The notes: a model not told the origin generated them from the sequence alone. Positions 50,012 to 63,600 are shown, counted from the whole stretch's first letter. The stretch is 63,989 nt of DNA, filler included, from Basidiobolus ranarum (GCA_040143965.1; 6 parts of 6 records of this genome joined end to end with filler, not necessarily neighbours in it); one strand, 5' to 3'. A program made the numbers and translations.

Positions 50012-51618
50012 GTGCTGTAGGTTTGAAGTATTAATTTATTAGTAATATCTGTGGAATGTCATTTTAGGTATTCAATATTGTTGGGGTAATTGAATTGAAT
50101 GTCAAATAAAAGCCTTATATAATTATTTCACTTAATTCATGCTTCAATGAGTCAATACTGTTAGGAATACTCTGAGAAAAACTTCCACAAGATAGATATC
50201 CTTCACCAAAAGGAAGTTAACACTACCATTTATGCTGAACTTTGGAACACATTACTAACGTAACCGTAGACAAGACTGGAAACATATTACAGGTTGAAAG
50301 CAATGAAAAGTTAAGCTGAGAGTCACTAAATACTGGGTAATCAGAAGTTACTGACGCTCCACCATATTGATACTAGAATGACTACAGTTACGTGACTGAC
50401 TCAGCAGGTGCTTATTTCCCTAGATACTTACAAATATTGTGGAGACAAGTAGAGCCAGAAAGATACGGAGACTTTCATCCAAAATGTCGTAGTTAAAAGT
50501 AGTTCTCGTGTCATTCCTATAGCCATTCTACACTACTAAGTTTGGATCTTACTGACTTCGCTACCGAAAACCACCTTCCTATTCACTCTCATCTTGATTA
50601 TTTATCGATATTGGTGATGATGACAGCATCAAGTCTTTGTTGATGTAGAATATATTCCAGGTATTACACATTCCCAATTTCTTCCTAAATTTTCAATCAT
50701 ATAATCGTTCTTGCATTAGAACAAAAATGGTAAGTTTTGTTTTTGTGCTCAGGCTCTAAAATAGAAACCCACTCATAATAAATTGTAGGCAGATATGAAA
50801 TGCCATTTACCCGAGAAAACTCCAGTCCCGAAAATGGCAAGCACTATCTCAAGCAAAAGCTTTCCTATGTATTTTCTGTACGACACTAGATTGTAAACCA
50901 GACTTGGGAACGTCGTACATACAATAGATAAACAGAGTGTGTGATAGTTAGCTCTGTAAAAGAAAAGATATGACAGACAGTTGCTAGCTGGTAAGATATC
51001 AGTTATAGTATGCTGAGATATAGTTGAGAATTCCTCGGAAATGAATATATGTTATATATACTAGAATTGGCTTATTGATGTATTTATGGACAGACCACCA
51101 TGGGTAGAAAGGGTGGAAAGTGATAGTGAAGGCGCATGACTTTGCATTAAAACGATGCAATATTCCATAAAAGCGGTAAGAGTGGTGTATATATAGTGAT
51201 TTGTATCCCATTCTACTATTAAGACAAAGCAAGTTAGTGTCACAAATTATTTCAAATAGGCATGGCCAAAGTGGTAAAGAGTAGCGAATTTTAATCAATT
51301 TACTGATGAATTCAGTTAACTTCGCTTGAACTCAATACTAAACATACCATAGACCCTTAGTTTACCACAAATACTTGCTAAACTCTGCATCCAACTAAAA
51401 AACACCTCAGGAATTGGTAGGTTTGATATGCACACACCGGTTACACCAAATGTGTACCTGCAGCTATGTTCTACAGCAACTATAGACGCTATGTAACGAA
51501 CATGTGTACTAGTAATTTAATTTTATAAAATCCACTTACCACTTTTCGGATGCCACTGCGGATCCAAGGTATAAATACAACTCTAGCACGTTAATATTCT
51601 TAACACTCGAATATCTCA

Positions 51619-53111
51619 ATGACTATTACTTCTCGCCCTCACGTGATAATCTTTCCATATCCTGCTCTGGGTCACATCACTCCAGCTCTTCATTTAGCAT
51701 CCGCCTTATTTTCTACTTTTGACATCACATTTGTGACAACAACCTTTTACCTAGCTCGTACACAACAGATACTTGCTAAGGATCATTCACAGCTGATCTC
51801 TGATGTCAATGTTGTGGGCCTAAGTGAAGGTCTTCCAGGAGGTGAAGGTAGCACTGATAACCTTCCCAGACTAGCTGAAGCTACCGAGGGGCCTGTTTTA
51901 TCTCAAGGTTTTGATAACTTGGTGGTGGAATTATTGGAAAAGAAGCAACTGATAGCTATTATCACAGACACCTTCCTTGGTTGGGTTCAGGATATCGCCA
52001 ATCGTTATAGTCTACCCAGATTTCTCTTTTATACTCCTCCTGCCTCTGTTCTCTCTTTGATGTTTCAGTTGGAAGGATTTCAGAAGGATGGGCTCCTTTC
52101 CCCCTCCTCAGAAAAGCTCATCACTATCCCTGGCTTTCCAAAAGAACTTCAACTCTCTGACTTGCCATCTCATTTACAGGACTCTTCAAAGTTCATGTTT
52201 GGCTACTTTTTGAGGCACGCATCACGTGTCAAGGAAGCGGCGGGAATTCTTTGTAATACGGTATATGATCTGGAAAAGAATGTAATTGACGCTTTAAGAT
52301 CTGGTGAGATTTCCCAGGCCAAAAATGTACCAATTTGGACAGCAGGACCAATGATATCGGCAACCTTCTTTGAAGACCAAGTTGAAAAGAAACCATCTAC
52401 CAGTACTCCATTGAATGATACAGAAGTTGTCTCTGAAGAACAACAATGTTTGACCTGGTTAGATACCCAAGAAGAAGTAAGTATTATATTCCAAAGAGTA
52501 ATCGCTCATCAGAATTCCAAGTAACCCAACTATTCTTCTAGGATTCAGTTGTGTATATTTCATTTGGTAGTATCGCTGTTCTTTCCGAACAGCAGATTCA
52601 TCATCTAGCACAGGCACTTCTCTCTACAAATAAGCGTTTCCTCTGGGTTTTACGTCAACCTGAAGGCTGCACCTCAGCGCTTCCTGAAAACTTCCTTAAC
52701 GATACAAAGGAACAAGGACTCATAGTCAGCTGGTCACCTCAACCTAAGGTTCTCGCACATCCTGCTGTTCGTGTATTTCTTACCCACTGTGGTTGGGGTT
52801 CGACTATCGAGGCCATTTCTCTAGGGAAACCACTGATTGCATGGCCATGCTTTGCGGAGCAGAAGATCAATACAAGATTTCTTGTGGATGGTCTCCATGC
52901 TGCAATAGAAGTCAAGAAAGATACAAATGGGATGGCCGATACAACAGTGATAATTGATGTCATCGAAAGATTCTATTCCGATGAAGGACAGGTGATAGTA
53001 AATAACATGGAACAGCTTAGGACGGTAGTACAAAAAGCGGTAAAAGAAGATGGATCTTCAAAACAAGGCCTAAAAGATTTCATGAATGCCATTTTGAAGT
53101 ACAGTGTATAA
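51619..53111 (+). CDS. Family GT1 UDP-glycosyltransferase with plant-type PSPG box (475 aa, one intron 52477-52541)
   Basis: HVIIFPYPALGHITP (catalytic His), IITDTFLGW, CLTWLDTQEE|DSVVYISFGS, RFLWVLR, WSPQPKVLAHPAVRVFLTHCGWGSTIEAISLGKPLIAWPCFAEQ, AVKEDGSS. Confidence 0.93.
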
Positions 53112-54114
53112 TCTAATTTTAATAATTGATTACATATGAACAAATCTTGGACATTTCAATGTTTATATTAATTAAACTACTACCTGTGCATTCACCTTGA
53201 CACTCTTGAACTAGATCATTTCCCCTACATCGTGATATAAAAGTACTATTCACCCCCTCCCATCTGCCGAAAATGTTTGTTATAGATCTCTATCTGTCCA
53301 GCAGAAGTCAGAGCGTAAGTATCCATCTCAAAGCCTCTAATTAATATCGTATCAAATATATAATGGTATCATAACTATATTGATGATATAGTGTCATTAT
53401 ATACAGATATTAAGACTCGATAAATATCTTAACCTATGTATAATCTAATAGTAATATTATTAGTCTTATAATAGGATAGGTGTAGGTCAGATATCATTTC
53501 TAAAATAATGATTTTAATTTTGAAATACATTAATCTACACTATGATAGGCAGATGTAGGGGGAGCAAGACTACAATGATCTTGGGGTACATGTTCAATAT
53601 TAATCTCTATACTTAGTCACCTCGCAACATCATGAAACTAACATATTGAAGGTTTTCAATATTGTATTCTTTTTTTATGGTATTGTGACCATAACTTATG
53701 ATTCAGACAGGATATGTACTTAAAGTCTTCCTTCAGGTGACTCCTGCAGTACATACCTAAAAAATAGAATTAGATACCAGAGTTGCTCTGATATTGTAAT
53801 CTCACAAGACAAACATTTACAGTCATATATCAATGAACCATGTGCATTGATCTATTTTGACTGCGTTTAATATAATCTGTGTTAATGATTTTTACTTCTT
53901 CTACTTAGTTCTAAGAAATTTGGTCAGTTAGACGAGCTAACTCCTGATGTATCAGATAACGGCTTATTTTCATTCAATTCCATCAGCAGGTATGTTTGGG
54001 TTGTTCAATAATCTCCTATGGATATCTAAATTTCTTTAGGATACGTTCTGCTATACAACCTATTATATTTAAAGTCCCATGAAATCTGGAATCTTTAGCA
54101 ATATTGCTTGTACT

Positions 54115-54224
54115 TGTTAAAGTATTTGGGAGCCTGTTGGAAGTGGTTTGGAGAATTAGAGGAATTGGTGGTTTTCACTTATTGATTTATTGAGTAGAAA
54201 GTTGACATTTATAGTTTTGTCAAG
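54115..54224. mobile_element. Terminal arm of the same foldback/MITE family, cut by contig end
   Basis: TGTTAAAGTATTTGGGAGCCTGTTGGAAGTGGTTTGGAGAATTAGAGGAATTGGTGGTTTTCAC... is near-identical to the reverse complement of ~16027-16136. Confidence 0.88.
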
Positions 54225-54324
54225 NNNNNNNNNNNNNNNNNNNNNNNNNNNNNNNNNNNNNNNNNNNNTTAATTAATTAANNNNNNNNNNNNNNNNNNNN
54301 NNNNNNNNNNNNNNNNNNNNNNNN
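54225..54324. other. Artificial contig linker
   Basis: N44-TTAATTAATTAA-N44. Confidence 0.99.
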
Positions 54325-54821
54325 AAGAACACAGGTAAAATGAATTGATTGTTTGATTTAATGATGAAGAATAAGACCCCAACTAAGGAGGTCTCTACAA
54401 AAATTACTTTCCCGACTTCGTTGAAGTCGTGAAAGTGGGGTATTGGTAGTAGTTTTCAATCAGCAATAACCCAACCTCAGTTGAAACTTCACAGGTGTGG
54501 GTATACCAATGCACAAGGATAACTATTCCGAGCGCTACGAATGGCTATTATATAATGGGATTCTGGATTTGGGATAAATAATATTTTACTGATGTGAACG
54601 AAAATAATTATACGTAGCATGGCCCAACTATATACACTCCCGAGAAATCCACATATGAAATCTAATTGATCCTAAATTTTTTTAGCATGGATTGGATACT
54701 CAAGAGACTGTTTAGTTTTTTTTTCTTCAAATTGGTTAATCCATTATATTCATCCAAGCTATCTATTAGCCTTTCTATCAAGGGTTAAGTGTTTTCTTAA
54801 TTTTCTTCTCCACGTCGATTA

Positions 54822-54833
54822 GAAAATTTTCAG
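54822..54833. promoter_or_regulatory. RRPE-like element upstream of DBP9
   Basis: GAAAATTTTCA (reverse complement TGAAAATTTTC) ~65 nt before the DBP9 ATG; resembles the yeast RRPE of ribosome-biogenesis genes but could arise by chance in AT-rich DNA. Confidence 0.35.
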
Positions 54834-54895
54834 TGTATATTTATTTCCTTTATTCATTTAAACCGTACTTTTAAAGTGTATACATATCACAAATC

Positions 54896-56990
54896 ATGGC
54901 CGAAAATGCTCTAATAGATCACGAACAGGGCTTTGCTTCTTTCGACCTTGATGACCGCTTGTTAAGAGCCATTTCCAAAGTTGGTTTTAGCAATCCCACT
55001 TTGATTCAATCCAAAGCAATTCCACTCGCTCTTTCCGGTAAGGATATATTGGCCAGAGCCAGAACTGGTTCCGGAAAGACTGCTGCCTATTGTTTGCCAA
55101 CTCTTGAAAAGCTTTTGAAGAAAAAGGAGGTTTGTATTCTTCTTCGAGTCGACTCCATATATGCTCTTTCACATACTCGAGAAAGCACGTCTAATATTAA
55201 TTTTTTATTGGCATAGTCACTTGCTCCCGCTGATCCAGACTTTGTCGCCACCAGGGCTTTAATTTTGGTTCCTACGAGAGAACTGGCCGAGCAGGTTACT
55301 GACCATATCAAAAAGCTCATTTCATATTGTTCCAAGGAAGTCAGCGTTGTAAATATCGCTGGCAATATTCCTGTTCAACTTCAAAAGTTAGTTTCACCTT
55401 CATATCTACTGCAACATTGTCTTTTACTTACCAAAGTCACTGCCTTTTGCTTATCTAAATAGGCCCATCCTTGCTGAGAAACCAGATATTATCGTAGCAA
55501 CTCCTAGTCGTGTATTGGCTCACTTGGAAACAAACGTAAGAACTTAATCTACGAACAAAGATTTGAAGAATCATCAATTGCTAACAGATGCTTTATTTTA
55601 TTAGAGCTTGAACCTTAAAGAGACTTTGGAAACTCTGGTCATCGATGAAGCCGATCTTGTTCTATCATTCGGTTATGAGGAGGATGTCCGAAAGATACTT
55701 ACTCACCTTCCAAAGATCTATCAATCTTTCCTTATGTCGGCAACATTAACCAAAGATGTGGAAAGTCTTAAAGCACTTATACTTAGAAACCCCGCCATAT
55801 TAAAATTGGAAGAAGAGAAGGATGATATCGACAACTTGACCCAATACTGCGTCAAGTGTAGCGAGAATGATAAATACTTATTGATCTATGTGATTCTCAA
55901 GTTGAGATTGATCAAAGGAAAATGCGTTCTTTTCGTGAATGATATTGAACGTTGTTATCGACTAAAGCTCTTCTTGGAACAGTTCTCCATTAAGTCATGC
56001 ACCCTAAACTCGGAACTTCCATTGAACTCCAGATATCACATAGTTCAAGAATTCAACAAAGGTATCTACGACTATATCATCGCAACTGATGAGAGTGCTC
56101 TTCAAGGTGAAAAAGATTCTGACGATGAAGAGTCTGAACCTGAGGAAGATGTGGTTGCTGATGATAAAGACACCCCCGAAGAGGAAGAAGATAACGAGAG
56201 TGCCAAAAAGAAGACCTCCAAGCGTAAGAAGGCACACCGCCCTGATAAAGAGTATGGTGTATCTAGAGGTGTAGATTTCCAAAATGTTGCTGCCGTGATC
56301 AACTTCGATTTCCCCAAATCTGCCAAATCCTATACTCACAGAGTAGGCCGTACTGCACGTGGTGGTCAAAAGGGTATGAGTTTATCTTTCGTAGTGACTA
56401 AAGAAGAGGGCAAGAAAAATACCACCGACGATGAGACCGTGTTTGCTAGAGTTGAAAAGCAACAAGAAAGTGATGGAGCTACCATTAAGCCCTATTTGTT
56501 CGATATGAAACAGGTGGAGGGCTTCAAATACAGAATCGAAGATGCTCTTCGTGCTGTTACTCGTGTTGCGGTCAAAGAAGCTCGTATCAAAGAGCTCAAG
56601 CATGAAATCTTACACTCAGACAAGTTAAAGGCTCACTTCGAAGATAAACCTAAAGATTTGGCCTATCTGCGTCACGACAAACCGCTGCATCCTAGTCGCG
56701 TACAAAGCCATTTGAAGCACGTCCCTGAGTACTTGATGCCAAAAATAGCTGGACCTGCTGCTGGTGACAACGCCAACACTTCCCTTGGCCATATACCATT
56801 TAAAAAGAATGACGGCAAAAGAAGAGGTGGTAAACAAAAGTTCTCAGGAAATAAGGTAAATAATTGGTTTGATTTCAAATAATCCAGCGTGTTCATCACT
56901 AACTAACGTATCATTCTAATTTGACAGAAACGCAAGTCTGATCCATTGAAAACCTTCAGTGCTGGCTCGGGCAAAAAGCATAGACGTTAA
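54896..56990 (+). CDS. DBP9: DEAD-box RNA helicase Dbp9/DDX56, multi-exon
   Basis: [72 protein letters not shown]; last exon [10 protein letters not shown] ends at TAA 56988-56990. Confidence 0.95.
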
Positions 56991-57894
56991 TTTCACCACA
57001 TTTTGAAAGATTAATATTGAATTCCATTTCCATTATCACCAACACTGATGACTTTATCCTTTGCGTACCCCTCCACTATCCCCAACACTGATCCTTGCGT
57101 ACTCATTTCTTTTTTGTAATAGACCTGTGACTTAGTTTGTGTAGACCAATTTCTTATTACCATTTACCATGATAAATTTTAATGTACAACTAAAGGCTTA
57201 CTTGGACTTGGTGTTAATATGTTGAGGGATGCAATATGAACCGAAATGATACATAGGGTTAGGGTTAGTGCATGCTGTATAGTACAACTAAACTCCACTA
57301 GTACACGATAACAACCCGATTCACAAGAATAGCTTAGTCGATCAATACATATATAGTAGCTAGAGTTAACTTTATATTGCGACTGGTTGGCGATTATCTT
57401 CATTTCAGCTTAATGCATGGACCTCGGAAATATTAACACAAGCAAGGACCATTTGTGAAGCACATGGCAAACAACGTCTCAAATGCCTGTCATATATAAT
57501 TTTCTGGATCTCTCTTTATTTCCATTATATTTTTATTGCACTTAGATTGTATTTACTTTCTTCATTTTCCGACATTCTCCTATACTGTCGAAGCACATTT
57601 CAGGCCTGGAGTACATGCACTACTTGTGTAGACATTCTTCCATTATTCTCCTTGACTCCTTGCATACTTCCTTGTTAAACTCCTTCCCGATATCTAGATA
57701 CTTTCTCTCTCTGATCCTCCTCTTCAGCTGTCTTCTTGCTTCTATCTGAACAGGTAGATCATTGCTATCAAGTAATACTACTATACTCCTCGTTGATATT
57801 TGGGACACTAAAGGCATTGCCAGACTGCTCTTAATAGTATTGTTATATATCTATATATCCAGTTCGTTAGCCTTGACTTGTTGAAACACGTATT

Positions 57895-59207
57895 ATGATT
57901 TTAAAGCGCCCTTTTCGGGCTTGCGATCTCTATTTCCTAACTTTTGTATATTTCATATTATCCCTTATTAAGACTTCCAAAGCTGATTTATTTGGTCCCA
58001 GTCAGCCAATTATTCGTCAAGAATCGGTGTATTATTTAACGAACGCTACAGTCGTTCGGCTGGACAAAACTACACCTTCCTTCGAATATTCAGTGAATAT
58101 CAAACAGATTCCCTCAACCCCTAATCCGCCCAAGGACGGCCTTCAGGGTTTACTCTATCTTCAAAATGACCCCTGCCTTTCACCGGATAGTAGTGGAAAC
58201 TCCACCGCTTTGCTATCGAGCAATCTCACCCCCATTTCACACGTGGCTTTACTTCCGCTGTCCAATTGTTCCATTGAATGGAAGATAATGCGCGCACAAA
58301 ATGACAAAGCAGTGGCAGCTATTCTATTCAGAGAGTCACAGGAACAACTGAATTTAGAGTCATTGAATCTTCCTTCGCCAGTGGTCATTCCTATCTTTGT
58401 AGTAGATCCTGAAGTAGGAAACCAATTGTTGAACGATTTGATGAGACCTAGCGTTATTTCAAATGGAAACACACCAGGTGGCGGTTGGATAAAGAAGCTA
58501 AGGGTGACTCTATACCCCTACGAACATTTCTTCCCTGGAATTTGGGAATTTACTTTGATAATCGTAGTTGTTCTACTAATATTATCTTTGGCTACTTCAG
58601 GTAAGAGAGTATATAGTCTGGTGCAGGAAAAAATGGTTATTAACAAAGTTTGCGTTTAGTGGCAATGCACTGTCACTTATATCGACTTCGTCGGAATTAT
58701 AGACAAAGGAATGAGCCTACCGAAAATACTGAAATGATGGTGATACATAAGAGTTACTTGGAGAATCTCCCGGTACATATCTTTGATAGTGAACAGCAAA
58801 AGGCTAAGAAGCGATATTCTCATATGAATCACCAAGGAGTTCCAATCTCTCAACTCAAACAAACAAACTCTCCTCACACGACAATTGTCATACCACCACC
58901 ACCTCTTTACCTCAAGAATGATGCAACCTCGCCAAGGACTTCGTATATTTCGGTGGAATCTAGCCCAGTCTGTGCAATATGTCTAGATGATTTTGTAGAT
59001 GGAGATGAAATTCGACAACTTCCTTGCCTACACGACTATCACGTCGCATGCATTGATCCATGGCTTACCACTAAATCAGGGACTTGTCCAATGTGCAAAT
59101 CCCGGGTCTCGCCACAAACAACATCAACTCCTCAGGAAGAGCCTTCGACAGGCGAGTATCAATGGTTCAGTTCCATTACATCCATATGTGGCCCATGTAC
59201 GGGTTGA
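57895..59207 (+). CDS. PA-TM-RING-H2 E3 ubiquitin ligase (RNF13/167-like)
   Basis: Signal peptide, PA-like domain (VALLPLSNCSIEWKIMRAQNDKAVAAILF), TM helix, intron 58601-58659, CAICLDDFVDGDEIRQLPCLHDYHVACIDPWLTTKSGTCPMCK. Confidence 0.88.
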
Positions 59208-59503
59208 GTTCTATATGGCGAGATTCCAAATTCCATCTGGATTTATTGGTGATTCCAGTGAATCCACTCATTTGTACAGGTTAAAAATCCTTTATTCCCC
59301 CTCCCCCGTTTTTTTACCATTTTCTTCTGCACTCATGAATCTGGATGCACGCGTTCTACAACCAACTTCACATATCCAAAGGCTATTTTTGCCACGGTAG
59401 TAAGAGCTTCTCCATAAGAAATGAGTTACAACTAACAAGTAAATAAAAGACGAAGTACGACATGATTTTATTTAGTTCCAAAGATTTGACTAAACTAAGA
59501 AAT

Positions 59504-59934
59504 TTAGTTTTCTTCAACAACTTCAGTTTGAAGACCCTTGTAGGAGGTAACGGGAACGAAAGTCACATAGGTGTAAAGCTTCTCCTTAGCATCTTCGTCA
59601 TCATTACGTCTACGAGAGAGACGAACACGAATACGACGTTGAACGTTACGGATACCGTGACTCCAGACTTGCTTGTTGACAGAGGGATCCAAACGAACAT
59701 CGGCAGTACCCATATGCTTGGCAGCAAAAGCCTTGATGGCCTTTACAGCGGTAGGAGCCTTCTTCTTGAATTGACTATATAATAAACCAACGATCAGGAC
59801 ATGCTTCACTCGAAGTTCTAAGCAATGCAAGAAACTTACCGATCATGGATGAGTTTGTGAAGGTGAACGGTGTACTCTCTGGTCACAACATCAGAGAGGG
59901 TGGAGCGTTTGGTACCTTTTTGTTCCTTGGCCAT
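59504..59934 (-). CDS. RPL31: 60S ribosomal protein L31 (eL31)
   Basis: [27 protein letters not shown]...[18 protein letters not shown]...[20 protein letters not shown]; intron 59775-59839; probable 5'-UTR intron ~59937-60023. Confidence 0.95.
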
Positions 59935-60691
59935 TGCTAAATTTCATCAAAGATAAACCCAAATGGTTAGATGGATTGATTCACATGATTGATGGATGTA
60001 CTAGATAGAAATCCAATTCTTACCAAAAACCACTGATTCAAAGGTCTATGAACAAACAGTGAAAGAGAAGGAAACCCTCTGAACTCGTGCTTGCCTAGTA
60101 ATTCAATTTCCCCTGGCCCTACCCCCTTCCTCACTTTGGGCCCAAATAATAAAAAAAATTGGTTCTCGATCAAAATTTTCAACTCATTCCATTTATATAT
60201 ATACTTCTATATAGGATCAGTAATAATCACGGAGTCTGTTTCTTAATTGGTTGATCTCGAGAGATTTTTTTTAGTGTAAATCTACGTATGAATGCATGTA
60301 TGCATTTATATTTCCTAATTTTGGAATATATACTAAGCAGTGGAGATTTCTTAAGCAACATATCTTATAACTTGATTTTGAAAAAGTCCACGTCCCAAGC
60401 AGTATTAACAATTCTTAGTTAGCCAGAATATTTACGGCAAGTGTGCTAATATGGTGGATTATATCGATTTTATGAGAATATATAAACATCCATTTGCGTA
60501 GGAAATGGAGAGGAAATAATGTAGTATCGATATTAAAATGGCTCCAAATATAGGCGAGGCTATTCACAAGAGAATCATGGTGGTTGGGAGATATATGAAG
60601 GAACGAATCGACAAATCAATAATCGAAAGTCATTACAATGAAAACAAAACTAATAAGAATAAGACAAGGGTTCTAAGAAAATCACTCGGCT

Positions 60692-63600
60692 TTAGTACTC
60701 ACTCTGGTCACTTCCCAAAGTGGCTTCGTCAACTGAGTCTAAAGGCGGAGAGATTACTCCATTGCGAGTTGCGCGTTCAGCACGAGACCGGATAACTTTG
60801 CCGCTGTTAGCGGTCACGCTTTGATAAGCTTCTAAATCTCTTTCCAAACGCATCACCTTTATCTTGTACTGATCACGGACTTTACACAAGGTAAGATTCT
60901 CCTTCCTCAAGATGATGTTTTCTTCTTTGAGTTGGGTGATATGCTTGATCTTTTGCTTAGAGTTGGTATGGCCTAATAGTTTGGCATTTTGTCCATTGAT
61001 CTTGGCTAATTCATCGAAAGCCATTGAGTGCTTCTGGGCAAGGAATTGTGATTGAAGTTGCATTTGCTCTTCCATTTCCATACGAGCATTATCTGCAACG
61101 TTTGCCTTATTTCGTAATGTATCCACTTCCAAAATGAGTCTCTCAACTTCAGCTTCAGCAGTGTTAGCAATGTGGGCAAGACGTTTACGTTCGGACAACC
61201 AAGTTGTCATATCCTGGTCGAGACGACGGTTCAAGCTATCAATTTCTCTCTCTTGGCGATCAAGTTCGCGTTCGTTTTGCTCCAACTGTTGTTGTAAGAA
61301 TTGAGTTGAGGCCTTGACATGGGCTTCCGATTGCTCATTCATTTGAGCAAGCTTGGCTTCTAACTCTTGAATACGTTTGGCTTGCTCTTCATTAGTAGCA
61401 ATAGCAATAGCTTGACTTTGTTCGGCCTCTTCTTTCAGTGTTTGACGTTCTTCCTCGAATTCCAGACGCATTTTAGAAAGCAATGAGAGGGCCAGGTTGG
61501 ATTCTAATTGATCTCTGATTTGGGAAACGTCTGAAAGTTGGCTAGTGATGTGAATTAGACTATCAGATATTTCTTTCTCGATTTGAATCTCTTCAAAGTT
61601 TGAATGAATATCTTGTCGTAAATGAGTCACTTCACCATCAAGTAAATGGAATTCCTCACTCAATCTTTCTATCTCTTGAACATCGTCAGATTCATAGGTC
61701 TGTGATGAGAGTTGGAAATTTTCAAACAAATCGTTGAGCTGTTGGACTTGCTGTTCGCTGGCTTCTAGTTGCTCTCTAAGAATTTCGGCTTCGTTTCCAA
61801 GAAGATGGATTTGCAAATCACTTTCGGTAGCTTTCAATGTGAGATCTTGAATTGTTTCCATTTGAAGCTTTTCAAGTTCCTTTTGTTGGATGTATTTGCT
61901 CTTGGCATCCGACACAAGTAGTTCAATTTGCTGATCACGAGCTTGAATTTCACCCTCCAAATAACTTTGTGTCTCAATCAGCTCTTCACCGATTTGTTCC
62001 AATTCTTGTTCGAGTCTAGCAATCTCCTGAGTACTTGACTCACGATATTCTTCGAATTCACGATTAGCAACTTGAATGGCTTCATTCAAGTTAGCTACGG
62101 CATTAGCATTGGAGTCCTGTTCTTCTTTGAGCTCAATACCGACACGTTCTATGGTGCGATTCAGTTCGGCGATTTCAGCAGCCGTAGAGTCTCGGTGCTC
62201 ATCGAATTCTTGGCTGATACGTTCAATTTCAGTGTTGAGACCTTCTATTTGATGGTCACTGGATTCACGTTGTTGTGCAAGCTCTGTGTTGACCTGTTCG
62301 ATAGTACTATTCAACTCGGAGATCTCAATTGATTTTGTGTCACGGTATTCTTCGAATTCCTGGTTGACACTCTTGATCTTCATGTTCAAATCGACGATCT
62401 CCGTTGAGCTTGATAAACGTAGACCTTCTAGATCACGACTAATCTGTTCAACAGAACTTTCCAAACCCTCAACTTCTTCTTGGAGGGATGAAATAGTGGC
62501 CCGTTTCTCCTCAAGTTCATTGTTGAGATCACCGATTTGGTTGTCACTGGATTCACGTAGTTGAGCAAGTTCGGTGTCCAACTGTTCAATGTGGCCATTC
62601 AACTCGGAGATCTCAATAGTCTTAGTGTCACGATATTCTTCATATTCCTTGTTGACACTGTTGATCTTCGCGTTCAAGTCGGCAATTTCTTTCGAGCTAG
62701 ATTCACCATGTTCCTTTAGATCATGGTTAATTTGTTCAACTGTGCTTTCCAATTCTTCTATTTCTTCTTGAAGAGATGAAATGGTAGCCTGTTTTTCTTC
62801 GAGTTCATGATTAAGGTCGCCAATTTGACTATCGCTTGTTTCACGTAGTTGAGCAAGTTCGAAGTTCGCCTGTTCAATAGCACTATTCAGTTCTGAAATC
62901 TCAGTTGATTTAGTGTTTCGATATTCATCGAATTTCTTGTTAACACTTTTGATTTTCTTGTTCAAGCTGTTAACTTCTTTCGAGTTGGACTGTTGATGCT
63001 CTTCGAGGTCACGGTTGATCTTTTCAACAGAATTCTCCAATTCTTCAACTTCTTCCTGAAGGGATGAGATTGTAGCCTGCTTTTCTTCAAGCTTAACATT
63101 AAGTTGATCAATTTGGCTGTCACTGGATTCACGTAGTTGTGCAAGTTCGGAGTTAACCTGTTCAATAGTACCATTCAACTCGGAGATCTCAATTGATTTA
63201 GTGTCACGGTATTCTTCGTATTCCGTGTTGACACTCTTGATCTTCATGTTCAAGTCCATCATCTCCTTCGAGCTTGATTCACGAAGTTCTTTCAGAACAT
63301 GGTTAATCTGTTCAACCGTGCTTTCCAATTGCTCAACTTGCTCTTGGAGGGATGTGATAGTAGCCTGGTTTTCTTCAAGTTCAGCGTTAAGACTATCAAT
63401 GGAGTCCTGAAGTTCTTTGGTCTGCTTGGAGTGTTGATCGTTGGTTTCTTGCAACTCTTTCTTGAGTGAACGGATTTTCTTCTTCTTTGCTGAGATACTT
63501 TCATCAAATTCCTCTGTTTTCTTGATCAAAGTCTCTCGTGCATCAGTCAAATCAGTTTCTAAATCTTGGATAGTCTTTTGAATTGCTTGACTTTCCTTGT

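Noticed and set aside
10796-54324. Regularly spaced TTAATTAATTAA palindromes as a biological repeat
   Set aside because: Always embedded in exactly 44+44 N; synthetic six-frame-stop spacers.
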